Assembly: GCA_963662465.1 (NCBI GenBank)
Contig: OY759599.1
Span: 4,896,001 to 4,960,000 of the forward strand
DNA length: 64,000 bases
Source: Desulfatiglandales bacterium
GTDB lineage: Bacteria > Desulfobacterota > DSM-4660 > Desulfatiglandales > Desulfatiglandaceae
Direction of reading: 5' to 3'
Shown: one piece after another, positions 47,376 through 57,880 of the stretch
Position numbering within the stretch: the first letter of the stretch is position 1
Layout: every line of letters starts with the position of its first letter
The notes under the pieces: generated by a model
What the model was told of the DNA's origin: nothing
Seen by the model: only the letters and a program-made list of their open reading frames with translations
Database searches by the model: none
Translations under genes and position numbers: made by a program

Positions 47376-48908
47376 TTATGCCGCCCGTTTCATGCCACCT
47401 CTTAGCTTGAAGCGTTGAATTTTGCCGGTTGCCGTTTTCGGCAGCTCGTCTGTAAAGAGAACCTGCCATGGACATTTGAATTTCGGAAGTCTGTCGGCGG
47501 CGTATTCAAGAATGGCTTTGCTTAACCCGATTCTCTCTTTTTCCGTGGCGGCATAGGCTTTTTCCGGCGACACATAAGCAAACGGTTTGACGAGTCCTTC
47601 GATTTCATGACCCACAACCGCGCATTCATTGACTGCCTCATGGGCCATCAGGACGTTTTCGATCTCCACGGGGGAAACCCAGATTCCGCCCACCTTGAGC
47701 ATGTCGTCGCCTCGTCCCTGGTAGGTAAAATACCCCTCTGATCGGTTGTACATGTCTCCGGTCCTGAACCAGCCGTCGGCGGCCATTTTGGAGAGATTTT
47801 CTTCCGGCCTGTTCCAGTAACCCGGGGTCAGGCTTTGCCCCCTGATCAGAAGCTGTCCTGTTTCACCGTCCGGCACGGGATTTCCCGCATTGTCGACAAT
47901 CTTGGCTTCAAAGCCTGGAACCAGTTTTCCCGAGCATCCTTCTTTTACATCATCCTGACGGTTTGAGATGAAAATATGAAGTGCTTCGGTGGAACCGATG
48001 CCGTCCAGAATGTTAAGGCCGGTTTTTTCCTTCCATCTCTGGAATACCTCGGGGGGGAGCGCTTCTCCCGCGGAAGCGCATGCGCGAATGGAAGGAAAGC
48101 GCGTTCCGTTCATTTTTTTCAACAGTGAATTATATTGCGTGGGCACCCCGAAAAACAAGGTGGGCTGATAGTTTGAGATGATATTCATGATCCTTTCAGG
48201 AGATGGCGGCTCGGAAAGCAGCACCGAGGAAGCGCCATGGCTGAAGGGCAGGGAAAGGCTGTTTCCAAGTCCGTAGGCAAAGAAAAGTTTGCTCACGGAG
48301 AAAACCGTGTCATTCTCGGTAATCTTGGCGATATGTTGTCCATAGGCTTTTGCAGTGAAGAACATGTCAATATGTTTGTGGGGGGTGCCCTTCGGTTTTC
48401 CGGTGCTTCCGGAACTGTAAAGCCAGAAAGCGATGTCGTCCTCATGGGCGGGATGGGTGTCCGCTTGTTCCGAGGATCGCGCAAGCCAGTCATCGAACCC
48501 ATCATCAGAAAAAATCCGGTAACAGAGGTGGCGGGTTTTGGCCTGAGCTGCTTTGCTTTTTTTCTCCGTAACCAGAACTCTGGCTTCACTGTCGTCTAAG
48601 AGGTATTCGTAGTCCCCTTTTCCCAGCATGGTGTTGATGGGAACCGGCCATGCGCCATACTTGATGCTGCCTAAGAATGCATAAACGAATGCCGGGGAAT
48701 CCGGGAGATGAATCATGACCCGATCCGTCGGCTTTACATTTAGTTCAGCCAATATATTGGCAAATCTGTTCACATTTTCAAGCACCGCGGCATAGGTGAT
48801 TTTCTCGCTGCCGCAATGCAGAGCGACCTTGTCCCCGCGCTGGTCGGCATTGTGATGGAGTAGCTCAGCAGCAATGTTAAATGTGTCTTTCGTGGCAGAT
48901 TGGTTCAT
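47376..48908 (-). CDS. Benzoate-CoA ligase family acyl-CoA synthetase
   Basis: WLYSSGSTGKPKG, KLFFAYGLGN, DGIGSTEALHIF, LPKTATGKIQRF; start reassigned to MNQSAT. Confidence 0.9.
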   Translation of the reverse strand: MNQSATKDTFNIAAELLHHNADQRGDKVALHCGSEKITYAAVLENVNRFANILAELNVKPTDRVMIHLPDSPAFVYAFLGSIKYGAWPVPINTMLGKGDYEYLLDDSEARVLVTEKKSKAAQAKTRHLCYRIFSDDGFDDWLARSSEQADTHPAHEDDIAFWLYSSGSTGKPKGTPHKHIDMFFTAKAYGQHIAKITENDTVFSVSKLFFAYGLGNSLSLPFSHGASSVLLSEPPSPERIMNIISNYQPTLFFGVPTQYNSLLKKMNGTRFPSIRACASAGEALPPEVFQRWKEKTGLNILDGIGSTEALHIFISNRQDDVKEGCSGKLVPGFEAKIVDNAGNPVPDGETGQLLIRGQSLTPGYWNRPEENLSKMAADGWFRTGDMYNRSEGYFTYQGRGDDMLKVGGIWVSPVEIENVLMAHEAVNECAVVGHEIEGLVKPFAYVSPEKAYAATEKERIGLSKAILEYAADRLPKFKCPWQVLFTDELPKTATGKIQRFKLRGGMKRAA

Positions 48909-48953
48909 GATATTAACCCCCTTGTAATTGAACATTATTTGGAAAGGGTAAGG

Positions 48954-48968
48954 GCAAAAAACGTGCCA
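48954..48968 (-). promoter_or_regulatory. Sigma54 (-24/-12) promoter of the CoA ligase
   Basis: Minus strand TGGCAC-GTTTT-TTGC with exact consensus spacing, ~45 nt before the ATG; adjacent to a sigma54 activator gene. Confidence 0.85.
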
Positions 48969-49098
48969 CTGAGCGCAGTTAGGATGAAGCCATTGTGATA
49001 TCAGCCTGTTATAATATTCATTGGGATAAAACCCGGAGAAAGGGACTTTCAATGATGAAAAGCTTTTTAAAAAGGGGTTTTAAAAATTGAAAGGGGGG

Positions 49099-50484
49099 TT
49101 ACGGGGTGTGCAGGCGGCGTTTACTGGGGATCTTGTAGTTTTTCATCTTTTTGGTCAAGGTGGGGCGTGAAATACCCAGGCGCTCACAGGCTCGACCGTA
49201 ATGCCAGTGAACTTCGTTTAAAACCCGGAAAATGAGATCTTTCTCCGTCTGGGGCACTTCAGATCGGTCCGCTTCCGATTCCCATCCGGTCTTTCCATCC
49301 GCTCCGGGTAAAAGAGAAGCGACCTCATCTTCTGCAATGATGTCGCCTTTGGTCTTAAGGGCCGCTTTGGTGAGGATGTTTTCCAGTTCACGGACGTTCC
49401 CCGGCCACGGGTAATCGGTCATCCTCCGAACCGCCCCGACATCCACCCCCGCAATCCGGTTATGAAGCTCGGCATTGATCTTGGCCACAAGATATTCAAT
49501 GATCAGGGGAATATCACTTTTTCGTTCCCTGAGGGGTGGGATATGGATCGTGGCCACGCTCAGGCGGTAAAAGAGATCCTCCCTAAACCGCCCCTCCCGG
49601 ACCATGGAAAGAAGCTCCCGGTTTGTGGCGGCGATCACCCTTGCCTTCAATGGCAAGATCTTTTCTCCACCGACCCGCTGAAACTCCCGTTCCTGTAAGA
49701 CCCTTAACAGCTTCGCCTGGAGTTCCATCGGCATTTCCCCCACCTCGTCGAGGAATACGGTCCCCTGTTCGGCATTCTCAAACAGCCCTTTTTTTGAGGA
49801 AACGGCGCCGGTAAAAGCGCCTTTTTCGTGGCCGAAGAGTTCGCTTTCCAGAAGATTTTCGACGATGGCCGAACAGTTGATGGCCACAAAGGGTTGATCT
49901 TTGTGTGAACCGTGAAAATGAATGGCCTTTGCCACCAGTTCCTTGCCGGTTCCGGTTTCTCCCTGAATCAGAACCGTTACCCGGTTCTGGGAAAGAACGC
50001 CCATGGTTTTGAAGATTTCATTCATTTCCCTGGTCTTACCGATAATTTCGCCTTTTTGAAAATTTTTGGCGGGGCGTCTTGCCTTAGGATGATGGGTTTG
50101 TTGCATTTTTGAGAGTTCCAGTGCCCGGGTAATGGCTCCTTCCAGCTCATCCACGTCAATGGGTTTGGGGATGTATTCGAAGGCGCCCGCCCGGATGGCC
50201 TTGATGGTGGTGCCCATGTCGTGAAAAGCGGTCACGATGATCACATGGGGGGAATTTTCGCCGTTCCTCAGTTCTTCCAGGATTTCAATTCCGTTTCCGT
50301 CCGGCAGCCGGACGTCAAGGATTACCAGATGAGGCGCAAAGGAAGAGACCTTTTCGATGCACTCCTTTCCGTTGACGGCGCAGGCAATGTCAAACCCCTT
50401 GTCCCGCAGATAGACCTCCAGCAACTCCAGAGAGGAAGGTTCGTCATCCACAATGAGAATTTTCGCTTTTTCGGGCTCCGGCAT
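49099..50484 (-). CDS. Sigma54-dependent response regulator (NtrC/AtoC family)
   Basis: Receiver domain (ILIVDDE, LDVRLP, KP), GETGTGKE, GAFTGA, WPGNVREL, Fis-type HTH. Confidence 0.95.
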   Translation of the reverse strand: MPEPEKAKILIVDDEPSSLELLEVYLRDKGFDIACAVNGKECIEKVSSFAPHLVILDVRLPDGNGIEILEELRNGENSPHVIIVTAFHDMGTTIKAIRAGAFEYIPKPIDVDELEGAITRALELSKMQQTHHPKARRPAKNFQKGEIIGKTREMNEIFKTMGVLSQNRVTVLIQGETGTGKELVAKAIHFHGSHKDQPFVAINCSAIVENLLESELFGHEKGAFTGAVSSKKGLFENAEQGTVFLDEVGEMPMELQAKLLRVLQEREFQRVGGEKILPLKARVIAATNRELLSMVREGRFREDLFYRLSVATIHIPPLRERKSDIPLIIEYLVAKINAELHNRIAGVDVGAVRRMTDYPWPGNVRELENILTKAALKTKGDIIAEDEVASLLPGADGKTGWESEADRSEVPQTEKDLIFRVLNEVHWHYGRACERLGISRPTLTKKMKNYKIPSKRRLHTP

Positions 50485-50487
50485 GAC

Positions 50488-52026
50488 TTATGGGCTCCCA
50501 TTTGCGGTCCGGTCCGGATCCGACGGCAAAGGCAAGCGCATGGTGAAGCGCATGCCCCCGTCTGTATCGTAAGACGCCTGTATCATACCCCTGTGAGCTT
50601 CGATGATCCGGCGGGCGTTGGCGAGTCCCAGGCCCGTGCCTTTGGCCTTCTTGCTGAAAAAAGGGTCGAAAATGGAGGGTAGATCCTCAGGACTCACACC
50701 GCGCCCATCGTCTGTGATGGCAACCTCCACCGCTTTCATCTTCCGCCTGTATCGGGCGGAGATGTGGATGTTGCCTTCTTTTTCCACCGCCTCAATGGCG
50801 TTTTGGAGAAGGTTTATCACCGCCTGTTCCATTTTCTCCCGGTCCATGGATATGGATGGGAGATTTTTTGAAAACAATCGCGTCACATGGATCCCCTTTT
50901 GATAAATCTTCGCATCCAGAACCTCCAAACAATCGTCAATGACGCTGGTGACGACGCCGGGCATAAACACGAACTGGATGGGCCTCGCCAGGTCCAGCAT
51001 TTCGGTTACAATCCTCTCCAGGCGGGAAATCTGCTGAGACAAAATTTCCAGTCGACGTCTGTCCGTACCTTCATAAACGGCATTTTTGAGGATCATCTGG
51101 ATGCTCATCTTGGCGGAAGAAAGAGGATTTCGGATTTCGTGGGCAAGGGATGTGGTCACGCGACCGATGCGGGCGAGACTCTCAGCTTCCCGAACCCGCT
51201 TTTCTATGGTCATACGCTCCGTAATATCACGGCATATCCCGATGAAGGCCGTCTTTCCCTGGTAGGATGCGAGGGTCGCGGTGTTTTCCGTGGGAAGCGC
51301 CATTCCGTCTCTGTGCAGCCGGAAATAAACATACTGGTCTTTCAAAACCCTTTCTTCGGTTCCCCCTTCACAGATCCGGCGAACTTCCTGTCTCGACTCA
51401 GGGGCAATAAAATCCATAAACGCTTTGCCGATCACCTCTTTTTTTGTGTACCCGTGCATAACACAAAATGCTTGGTTGGCAAAGAGAATCCTTCCCTGCT
51501 GATTCACAAAGTAGCCGTCTCTAATCTTTTCCACCAGGGTTCGATATTTTGACTCTGATTCGGCCAGTTGTTGGGTGCGCATTGCCACCTTAACCTCGAG
51601 CGCCTGGGAATACGCTCTGATCTCCGCCTCGTGCAACGCCTGAAAATAATCGCTGAATTGATAAAGGGTGTAACAGAGACACGAATTAATCTGCTCCATG
51701 GCGGGTATAAGGCTTTGTGCATCCAGCTCACGGCCAAGGATCGGCAGCAGGATGGTTCTGTAGAGTTCAAAGGCTTTTTGGACTTCGGACAGGGAAAACC
51801 CTTCTTTTGAACGGATCCGGCTGATCCACTCGATGACCGCATCTATTTTGGAATAATCATGGTAGGCAATCACCGCAAAATTGGCGTCGGCAGCGGCCGA
51901 ACAGGTCCGGTAAAGCACCTCGGGGGACTGGGCCGAATAGGTGGGACTAACATCTTTGTGAAGCTTCTCCACCCACTGGCCGATGATTTGGTCCCTGTTG
52001 TGAATCAGAATTCCTGGAATGTTCAT
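50488..52026 (-). CDS. Cytoplasmic sensor histidine kinase (RsbRD_N-like + PAS + HisKA + HATPase)
   Basis: LAHEIRNPL, NLLQNAIEA, DDGRG, GTGLGL; PAS ending DITER; no convincing TM segment. Confidence 0.9.
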   Translation of the reverse strand: MNIPGILIHNRDQIIGQWVEKLHKDVSPTYSAQSPEVLYRTCSAAADANFAVIAYHDYSKIDAVIEWISRIRSKEGFSLSEVQKAFELYRTILLPILGRELDAQSLIPAMEQINSCLCYTLYQFSDYFQALHEAEIRAYSQALEVKVAMRTQQLAESESKYRTLVEKIRDGYFVNQQGRILFANQAFCVMHGYTKKEVIGKAFMDFIAPESRQEVRRICEGGTEERVLKDQYVYFRLHRDGMALPTENTATLASYQGKTAFIGICRDITERMTIEKRVREAESLARIGRVTTSLAHEIRNPLSSAKMSIQMILKNAVYEGTDRRRLEILSQQISRLERIVTEMLDLARPIQFVFMPGVVTSVIDDCLEVLDAKIYQKGIHVTRLFSKNLPSISMDREKMEQAVINLLQNAIEAVEKEGNIHISARYRRKMKAVEVAITDDGRGVSPEDLPSIFDPFFSKKAKGTGLGLANARRIIEAHRGMIQASYDTDGGMRFTMRLPLPSDPDRTANGSP

Positions 52027-52420
52027 GTATGGCTCCAATCCGGTACAACGCTCGCAGCTCTTTTTGGGTCGGGTGCAATACAAAAAAATGAAAGCATAAA
52101 AAAGAGTCATCAAACCTGAGAATTTCAGGAATTATGCTGAAACGGACATTTTCTGGCTTGTTTTCTTTTTGGAACCGCTGCCTGGAAAATTAAGATTCGC
52201 GATCGGTGGATAGGCTGGGTGACGGATGTTCGCAAACGAAACCTTGGTTTGCAACAACACACGTTTTTTGATTTCAAATTCTTCGCTAACAGAACAAAAG
52301 GGGCAAAGCCGCCAAGATCGCGACAATAAACTCAAGATTTCAATTAAAGACATTTTTTGAAGTAGCTGCCAATGCTTGGGTGCAACACAAAAAAGTTGTG
52401 CGGGCGAACCCAAGCATAAT

Positions 52421-52445
52421 GGCGGACACACAGGTCCGCCCTTAC
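52421..52445 (-). repeat. REP-like palindrome (GTAAGGGCGGACCTGTGTGTCCGCC)
   Basis: Same family as 56333-56392 and 60127-60152. Confidence 0.75.
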
Positions 52446-52554
52446 CAGCATATTGCGAACCAAAAGATGGGGGTGGGTAGGAGCCAAAAACCGAGCAACG
52501 AATTTGAGCGTTTTTGACCCTTTTTAGACACCCTACCTTTAATCGTCTGATCCA

Positions 52555-54459
52555 TCAGGAATTTCCGTCTACGGGGGTCACGATTTCTATTTCCGCTTTC
52601 TTGCGAAGATATTTGATCCAGCCGTCAAAAATGCGTTGGTGTTTCGTCTGGGTCAGCGAAGTGCGATAATTACTTTTCTCTTCCTGAAATTTCTTTTCGT
52701 CGATTCCCTCATTTGCCTCCCATCGAATAACGAAAGCGCCCTTATTGTTCACAAAGGGCTTATCGGCATATGGGTTATCTTTGCCCAATTTAAAAGCCAT
52801 TTCATTTAACGCCGGCGCATTGCCGATGTCGGGTATGGGGTCGCGTCGGGTGAAAAATTCGGTTTCCTGAATCTTCAGGTCTTTTTCCTTTGCGAGAGCT
52901 TGCCAGTTTTTCCCTTCCTTAAGTGCCTTCAGATAACCTTCCGCGGCCGATTTAGCCGCGGCTTCGGCCTCATGAGCAATAAAGTTTTTTTCTACCGCCG
53001 CTTTGACCTCTTTTAGTTCGGGAAGATAGCTGGCTTTGCTTTCAGCGATTTGGAAGATATAAAACTTGCCACCCAGCTCCATAAGACCACTGGTTTCGTT
53101 CTCTTCCAGGGCAAAGAGCGAAGGCCCTAATTTTTCGCTGCCCGCAATGGCGGGTATCGGCTCATTCTTGGCAAAGTGTTCGGATTTTTTTGCCGTAATG
53201 CCGTGCTGATTCCCATAAGCAGGCAAATCCGCATCATAGGGCATCTGATCCAGCAGGGTTAATCCCTTTTCATGGGCCAGTTCCGTAGCGACATTTCCGG
53301 TTAACGTGGCCGCAATCTCCTCTCTGACTTTTTCCAGAGGGGTTGACCCCGCCTCTTTGATGTCCTCCACCAGAATGATGTGATATCCAAACCGGGTTTG
53401 GACCAGGTCGCTGATCTCACCTTTTTTTAGTGCAAAAGCCGCTTCTTCAAAAGGCGTCTCCATCTGTCCCACGCCAAAATAACCCAGATCCCCACCCTGT
53501 GATTTTGAAGGGCCTTCGGAATATTCTTTTGCAAGGCCGGCAAAGTCTTCGCCCTTGCGCGCCTTTTCCAATACACTTAACGCCCGCTTTTTGGCGTCAT
53601 CTTTGACTTCATCAGAATCACCTTGATCAAACTTGAACAGGATGTGTCTTGCCTTAACCTGTTTTGGCTGAGTGTATTCATCGGCGTTGTATTCGTAAAA
53701 GGATTGAATTTCCTTTTCAGTGATTTCAATGCCACCCTCAAAACGCTTGGGATCGATCTCAAGATAGGCCACGCTTATTTTTTCAGGCACCCGGTATTGT
53801 TCTTTGTTTTTCTCAAAGTATTTTTTCAGTTCGGCATCATTGATCTTTACGGATTGCTTAAAACTTCCCGGATCGAATTCAACAAACCCAATTTTGACCT
53901 TTTCGTTGGCAAAGGTGTAATACTCCAGAACTTCCCGGTCGGTGACGTTCAAAAAGGCAAACAAAAACTGCTTGAGTTTTTTATCCAGCAATTCCGATGT
54001 GAAGCCTGTTTCAAAATCTTCCGGCTTCATGTGGTTGTTGCTGAGAAGGGCCTGGTATCGTCTCATGTCAAACTGACCGTTGATCTGAAATGCGGGATAA
54101 GCCATGATCGCTTTCTGAACTTCCGCTTCCGTTACATCAAGCCCCAATTCCTTAGCGGCCTGACTCATGAGCCGTTGGGTGATCAGCGATTCCAACGCCC
54201 TGTTTTTGAGATTAAACATTTTGATCATGTTGTCGTTCCACATGCTCTTATATCTTGATTGAAGCGCCGCCAGCATATCCCGGTAAGCTTTTTCGTACTC
54301 CGGGCCATTGATCAACTCTCCGTTTACATAGGCAATTTTAAGGGCCTGGTCGGATGTAAAGGAATATCCAAAATAGAAAACGAAAACGACGGCAATAATC
54401 GCAATCAAGGCTTTGATCAACCAGGATTTGGCATGTTTTCTCATGAGGCTCAATAACAT
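52555..54459 (-). CDS. ppiD: PpiD/SurA-like periplasmic chaperone and parvulin PPIase
   Basis: N-terminal TM, SurA_N-like region, [29 protein letters not shown]. Confidence 0.88.
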   Translation of the reverse strand: MLLSLMRKHAKSWLIKALIAIIAVVFVFYFGYSFTSDQALKIAYVNGELINGPEYEKAYRDMLAALQSRYKSMWNDNMIKMFNLKNRALESLITQRLMSQAAKELGLDVTEAEVQKAIMAYPAFQINGQFDMRRYQALLSNNHMKPEDFETGFTSELLDKKLKQFLFAFLNVTDREVLEYYTFANEKVKIGFVEFDPGSFKQSVKINDAELKKYFEKNKEQYRVPEKISVAYLEIDPKRFEGGIEITEKEIQSFYEYNADEYTQPKQVKARHILFKFDQGDSDEVKDDAKKRALSVLEKARKGEDFAGLAKEYSEGPSKSQGGDLGYFGVGQMETPFEEAAFALKKGEISDLVQTRFGYHIILVEDIKEAGSTPLEKVREEIAATLTGNVATELAHEKGLTLLDQMPYDADLPAYGNQHGITAKKSEHFAKNEPIPAIAGSEKLGPSLFALEENETSGLMELGGKFYIFQIAESKASYLPELKEVKAAVEKNFIAHEAEAAAKSAAEGYLKALKEGKNWQALAKEKDLKIQETEFFTRRDPIPDIGNAPALNEMAFKLGKDNPYADKPFVNNKGAFVIRWEANEGIDEKKFQEEKSNYRTSLTQTKHQRIFDGWIKYLRKKAEIEIVTPVDGNS

Positions 54460-54741
54460 TCAGCACTTCCTCCCATTGTCATTTCCCATAATTGTGCCAT
54501 CAAGCACAATGGTCCATTTCTACAGAATCCGCGAAACTAGCACGATTTTTAAAAGAAGTCTATGACAATCTTCAGGAACTAGAGACCTCACCCGCAGGAT
54601 CGCCATGTTTATCGAAATCGCCTTGTCAAAGGCATTTTCGTGTGGTAATAGTTCGGAAAAGAGCGGTGTTGCATAGATGGTTGAAATTCGGCGTCTTACT
54701 CCCTTCCAGGCGCTTACCTCGAATGTCAGGGTGTTTTTATT

Positions 54742-55062
54742 ATGATGACAAAAGAATACTGGAGCATCACGGAGGTGGTGGAGTTTCTTCAGGTTGACGA
54801 GGCGTTCCTGCGCAATCTGGAAGAAGAAGATATTGTGTGCCCTTCTTGTAGCGAAGGGCTTTCGGACAAATTGTTTTCCGCCGATGAGTTGGAAAATGTG
54901 CGGTTCGCAAAAATCCTGATAAAGGAAATGGATGTCAATCTGGCCGGTGTTGAGGTGGCGTTGCAAATGCGCAAAAGCATGATCGCCATGCGAAAACAGT
55001 TCGACGCCATTCTGGAAGACCTGGCCCGGGAAGTGGAAGAAAAGCTGAAACGCCTTTCCTGA
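54742..55062 (+). CDS. MerR-like CbpM/HspR-type protein
   Basis: YWSITEVVE, L.KEMDVNLAGVEVAL.MR, C-terminal coiled coil. Confidence 0.75.
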   Translation: MMTKEYWSITEVVEFLQVDEAFLRNLEEEDIVCPSCSEGLSDKLFSADELENVRFAKILIKEMDVNLAGVEVALQMRKSMIAMRKQFDAILEDLAREVEEKLKRLS

Positions 55063-55071
55063 TTGACAACA

Positions 55072-56205
55072 TCATATCCTGATGGCGCTTCTAACGTCTT
55101 CCCCGTACATTCCATCCATTTTTTGGACTGCCGCAAGGATTTCCGGGTCATCCGTCTGAGGGACTTTAACCACCAGTTTGACCATGAGATTGCCTCTTGT
55201 TTTGGTCTTAAGGTTGGTAGCCCCCTTACCCTTCAATCGGAGAACTTTTCCGGTCTGGCTGCCGGCGGGCACCTTCATTTTGATTGGTCCGTCCACTGTC
55301 GGAACGTCGATGGCGCCGCCCGCCATGGCTTCTCTTACGGTGATGGGAATATCCATATGGAGGTCATCGCCCGTTCTCGTTAAAAAAGGATGGGGTTTCA
55401 GGTGAATGATCAGGTAAAGATCACCAGGTCCGCCCCCATTGGAACCGGGTTCGCCTTTTCCCGCAATGCGCACCTTGGAGCCCTCCTTGACGCCCTTGGG
55501 GACGACAATCCGTATTTTTTCAGTTCCCAGAACCTGGCCGGAGCCGCCGCATGCGGCGCAGGGTTTTCCGATTTGGCCATGGCCCTGGCAATGAGGGCAG
55601 GGCTTGGTAAAATGCATGGGACCCTCCGCCACATCCAATCTGCCGGAGCCGCCGCAATAGGAACAGGTACTCAGGGTGGAATGGGGATCCTTCCCAGACC
55701 CGCCACAGATATCGCAGGTCTTGGCTTTCTGCATGCTCAGCTCCGTTTCAAAACCTCTCAGCGCCGAGATAAGGTCAATGGTCATGTCATGCTGAAGATC
55801 CCGCCCGCGCATCGGCGCCTGGGTTCGGAAACCGCCTGATCCCATGCCGGCGCCGAAAATATCTCCGAAAATATCTTCATAGCTCTGGTATCGGCCAAAC
55901 CCTTCGCTGCCCGCACGCTGCCGGCCCTCCTGGAATCCGCCCCACTGTGAATGTTGCCTGGCTTTTTCGGCGTCAAATCCGGATTGAAGGCCATCCCTTC
56001 CAAATTCATCGTAAAGCGCTCTTTTCTCTTTATTGCCGAGACAGTCGTAAGCCTGGGATATTTCCTTGAATTTTTTTTCCGCTTCAGTATTGCCCGGATT
56101 GATGTCAGGATGCCATTTTCGGGCCAGTTTACGATAAGCCTTCTTGATTTTTTCCTGGGAATCATCCTTGGAAGCCCCAAGGATCTTATAGAAATCTGTT
56201 TCCAT
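55072..56205 (-). CDS. dnaJ: DnaJ chaperone
   Basis: J domain with HPD, G/F region, four CxxCxGxG motifs, C-terminal domain. Confidence 0.92.
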   Translation of the reverse strand: METDFYKILGASKDDSQEKIKKAYRKLARKWHPDINPGNTEAEKKFKEISQAYDCLGNKEKRALYDEFGRDGLQSGFDAEKARQHSQWGGFQEGRQRAGSEGFGRYQSYEDIFGDIFGAGMGSGGFRTQAPMRGRDLQHDMTIDLISALRGFETELSMQKAKTCDICGGSGKDPHSTLSTCSYCGGSGRLDVAEGPMHFTKPCPHCQGHGQIGKPCAACGGSGQVLGTEKIRIVVPKGVKEGSKVRIAGKGEPGSNGGGPGDLYLIIHLKPHPFLTRTGDDLHMDIPITVREAMAGGAIDVPTVDGPIKMKVPAGSQTGKVLRLKGKGATNLKTKTRGNLMVKLVVKVPQTDDPEILAAVQKMDGMYGEDVRSAIRI

Positions 56206-56332
56206 GGCACGGTCCCGCTCAGAATTAAAAATTGAAGATTATTGTGTATGAAAAAATATTTTGGTACTGTATATACTGAAATTTCGCCGTAATTGCCACT
56301 GATTTTTCATGCAGCCATATTTTAGGGTTTAA

Positions 56333-56392
56333 GTAAAGGGCGAACCTGTGTATTCGCCCTTTACCTGGGCAGACACACAGGTCTGCCCCTAC
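56333..56392. repeat. Inverted doublet of REP-like palindromes (REPIN-like)
   Basis: GTAAAGGGCGAACCTGTGTATTCGCCCTTTAC followed by the reverse complement of GTAGGGGCAGACCTGTGTGTCTGCCC. Confidence 0.85.
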
Positions 56393-56424
56393 TGGATAAA
56401 TGCTTGCCATAAAGGGAATGCAAT

Positions 56425-57315
56425 TTGATGCCGCCAAAATCATTACAAAAGTTTTCCGGCGAGATCGTTACGGAAAATCAATTTAAGGAAATCATAGAAA
56501 TTATAGAGACATTTCCAAACCTTAGTCGAACTGAACTGGCGAATACCTTTTGCGAACTGTTCTCCTGGAAAAGGCCCACCGGAAAGCTGAAGGGCATTGA
56601 GTGCCGTCAATTCCTCGAACGTCTGGAGGCGAAAGGCGTTATCCGTCTTCCCGCATACCAGGCGCCGTCCGGTAAAAAGAATAAAACAAAGATTCCCCGA
56701 AGCAGCGAAACCGATTCACAGGCCGTTATTTCAACAAAGCTGCGGGACCTGAGGCCCATCGTGTTGACAAGGGTTAAAACACTGGCGCAACGGCAGCTTT
56801 GGTACCAATATGTGGACCGGTACCATTATCGGGGATATCAGTTGCCCTTTGGCGCCCAACTTCGGTATTTCATTAAATCCGGAGCAACGGATACGTTGCT
56901 GGGATGTTTTCAGTTTTCCAGCCCTGCCTGGCGGATGATGCCGAGAGACCAGTGGATTTCCTGGAACGACGAGCAGCGCCAACGCAACCTGCAAAAGATT
57001 GTGAACAACAGCCGGTTTCTGATATTTCCCTGGGTCCAGGTGAAAAACCTTGCCAGCGCAACCCTGACCCTGGCCGCGCGAACCGTTCCCGATGACTGGG
57101 AGGATTGCTATGGTCTCCGGCCGGTCTTAATGGAAACACTGGTGGATGAAAAACGGTTCACGGGCGCTTGCTATAAAGCCGCCAATTGGTCCTATGTAGG
57201 CAAAACAACCGGCCGCGGGCGGATGGACGAGGGGATTATTCGTGATGGCATGGCCATCAAGTCGATCTATCTATACCCCCTTTCAGACGGTTTTCGGGAC
57301 GAACTGGTTAAATAA
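56425..57315 (+). CDS. DUF4338 / Druantia DruA-like domain protein
   Basis: YHY.GY..PFGAQLRY, RDQWISW, IVNNSRFLIFPWV.VKNLAS, RPVLMETLVD..RF.G.CYKAANW..VG.T.GRG. Confidence 0.8.
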   Translation: MMPPKSLQKFSGEIVTENQFKEIIEIIETFPNLSRTELANTFCELFSWKRPTGKLKGIECRQFLERLEAKGVIRLPAYQAPSGKKNKTKIPRSSETDSQAVISTKLRDLRPIVLTRVKTLAQRQLWYQYVDRYHYRGYQLPFGAQLRYFIKSGATDTLLGCFQFSSPAWRMMPRDQWISWNDEQRQRNLQKIVNNSRFLIFPWVQVKNLASATLTLAARTVPDDWEDCYGLRPVLMETLVDEKRFTGACYKAANWSYVGKTTGRGRMDEGIIRDGMAIKSIYLYPLSDGFRDELVK

Positions 57316-57373
57316 ATGACTTGACTCAGTGATGAACCGTACTAATATTGGGCCTGCTTTGCCATGAAAAGAC

Positions 57374-57403
57374 AGCTGTTAGCTGTTAGCCGTTAGCTGT
57401 TAG
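57374..57403. repeat. Heptamer microsatellite (AGCTGTT)n
   Basis: AGCTGTT AGCTGTT AGCCGTT AGCTGTT AG. Confidence 0.8.
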
Positions 57404-57508
57404 TTTGATAGCGGTAGATGTCGTTTTCATGTTGGGGATGGAATGCCCGCGTGATTCATGAGCGTTTACCCTCAGACCTAATCGTCAATTTTACCGGGAG
57501 ATTTTCCC

Positions 57509-57880
57509 ATGACCCGCTATCTCCCCCTGATACTGCTGGGGGTGCTGTTAAATGCCACAGCCCAACTATGCCTGAAACAGGGGATGCGCCAGGTGGGCCA
57601 TTTCGCTTTTTCCCTGGAAAACATCCTGCCCATCGGCTTCAAGGTGGCGCTCAACCCATTTGTATTTACGGGGCTGATGTGTTATGTGATCAGCGTGCTG
57701 GTATGGCTGATGGCCCTTTCCAGAGTGGAGGTCAGTTTTGCCTATCCTCTTTTGAGCGTGGGTTATATCGTCACCGCTTTTGCGGGGCAGTTTTTTTTCG
57801 GCGAGGCCCTGGGACCCATGCGTTGGGCCGGGATACTCGTTATTTGCCTCGGTGTTTACCTCATTACCCGGAGTGCCTGA
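57509..57880 (+). CDS. SMR/EamA-like undecaprenyl-phosphate-L-Ara4N flippase subunit (ArnE/ArnF-like)
   Basis: Four TMs; AQLCLK, WLMALSRVEVSFAYPLLS; stop overlaps the arnB start (TGATG). Confidence 0.82.
   Translation: MTRYLPLILLGVLLNATAQLCLKQGMRQVGHFAFSLENILPIGFKVALNPFVFTGLMCYVISVLVWLMALSRVEVSFAYPLLSVGYIVTAFAGQFFFGEALGPMRWAGILVICLGVYLITRSA

Noticed and set aside
52132..52431. 99-aa minus-strand ORF in the kinase-ppiD spacer
   Set aside because: Begins inside a REP element and has no protein-like motifs.
56425..57315. Complete Druantia anti-phage system
   Set aside because: No DruE helicase or other dru genes are adjacent.
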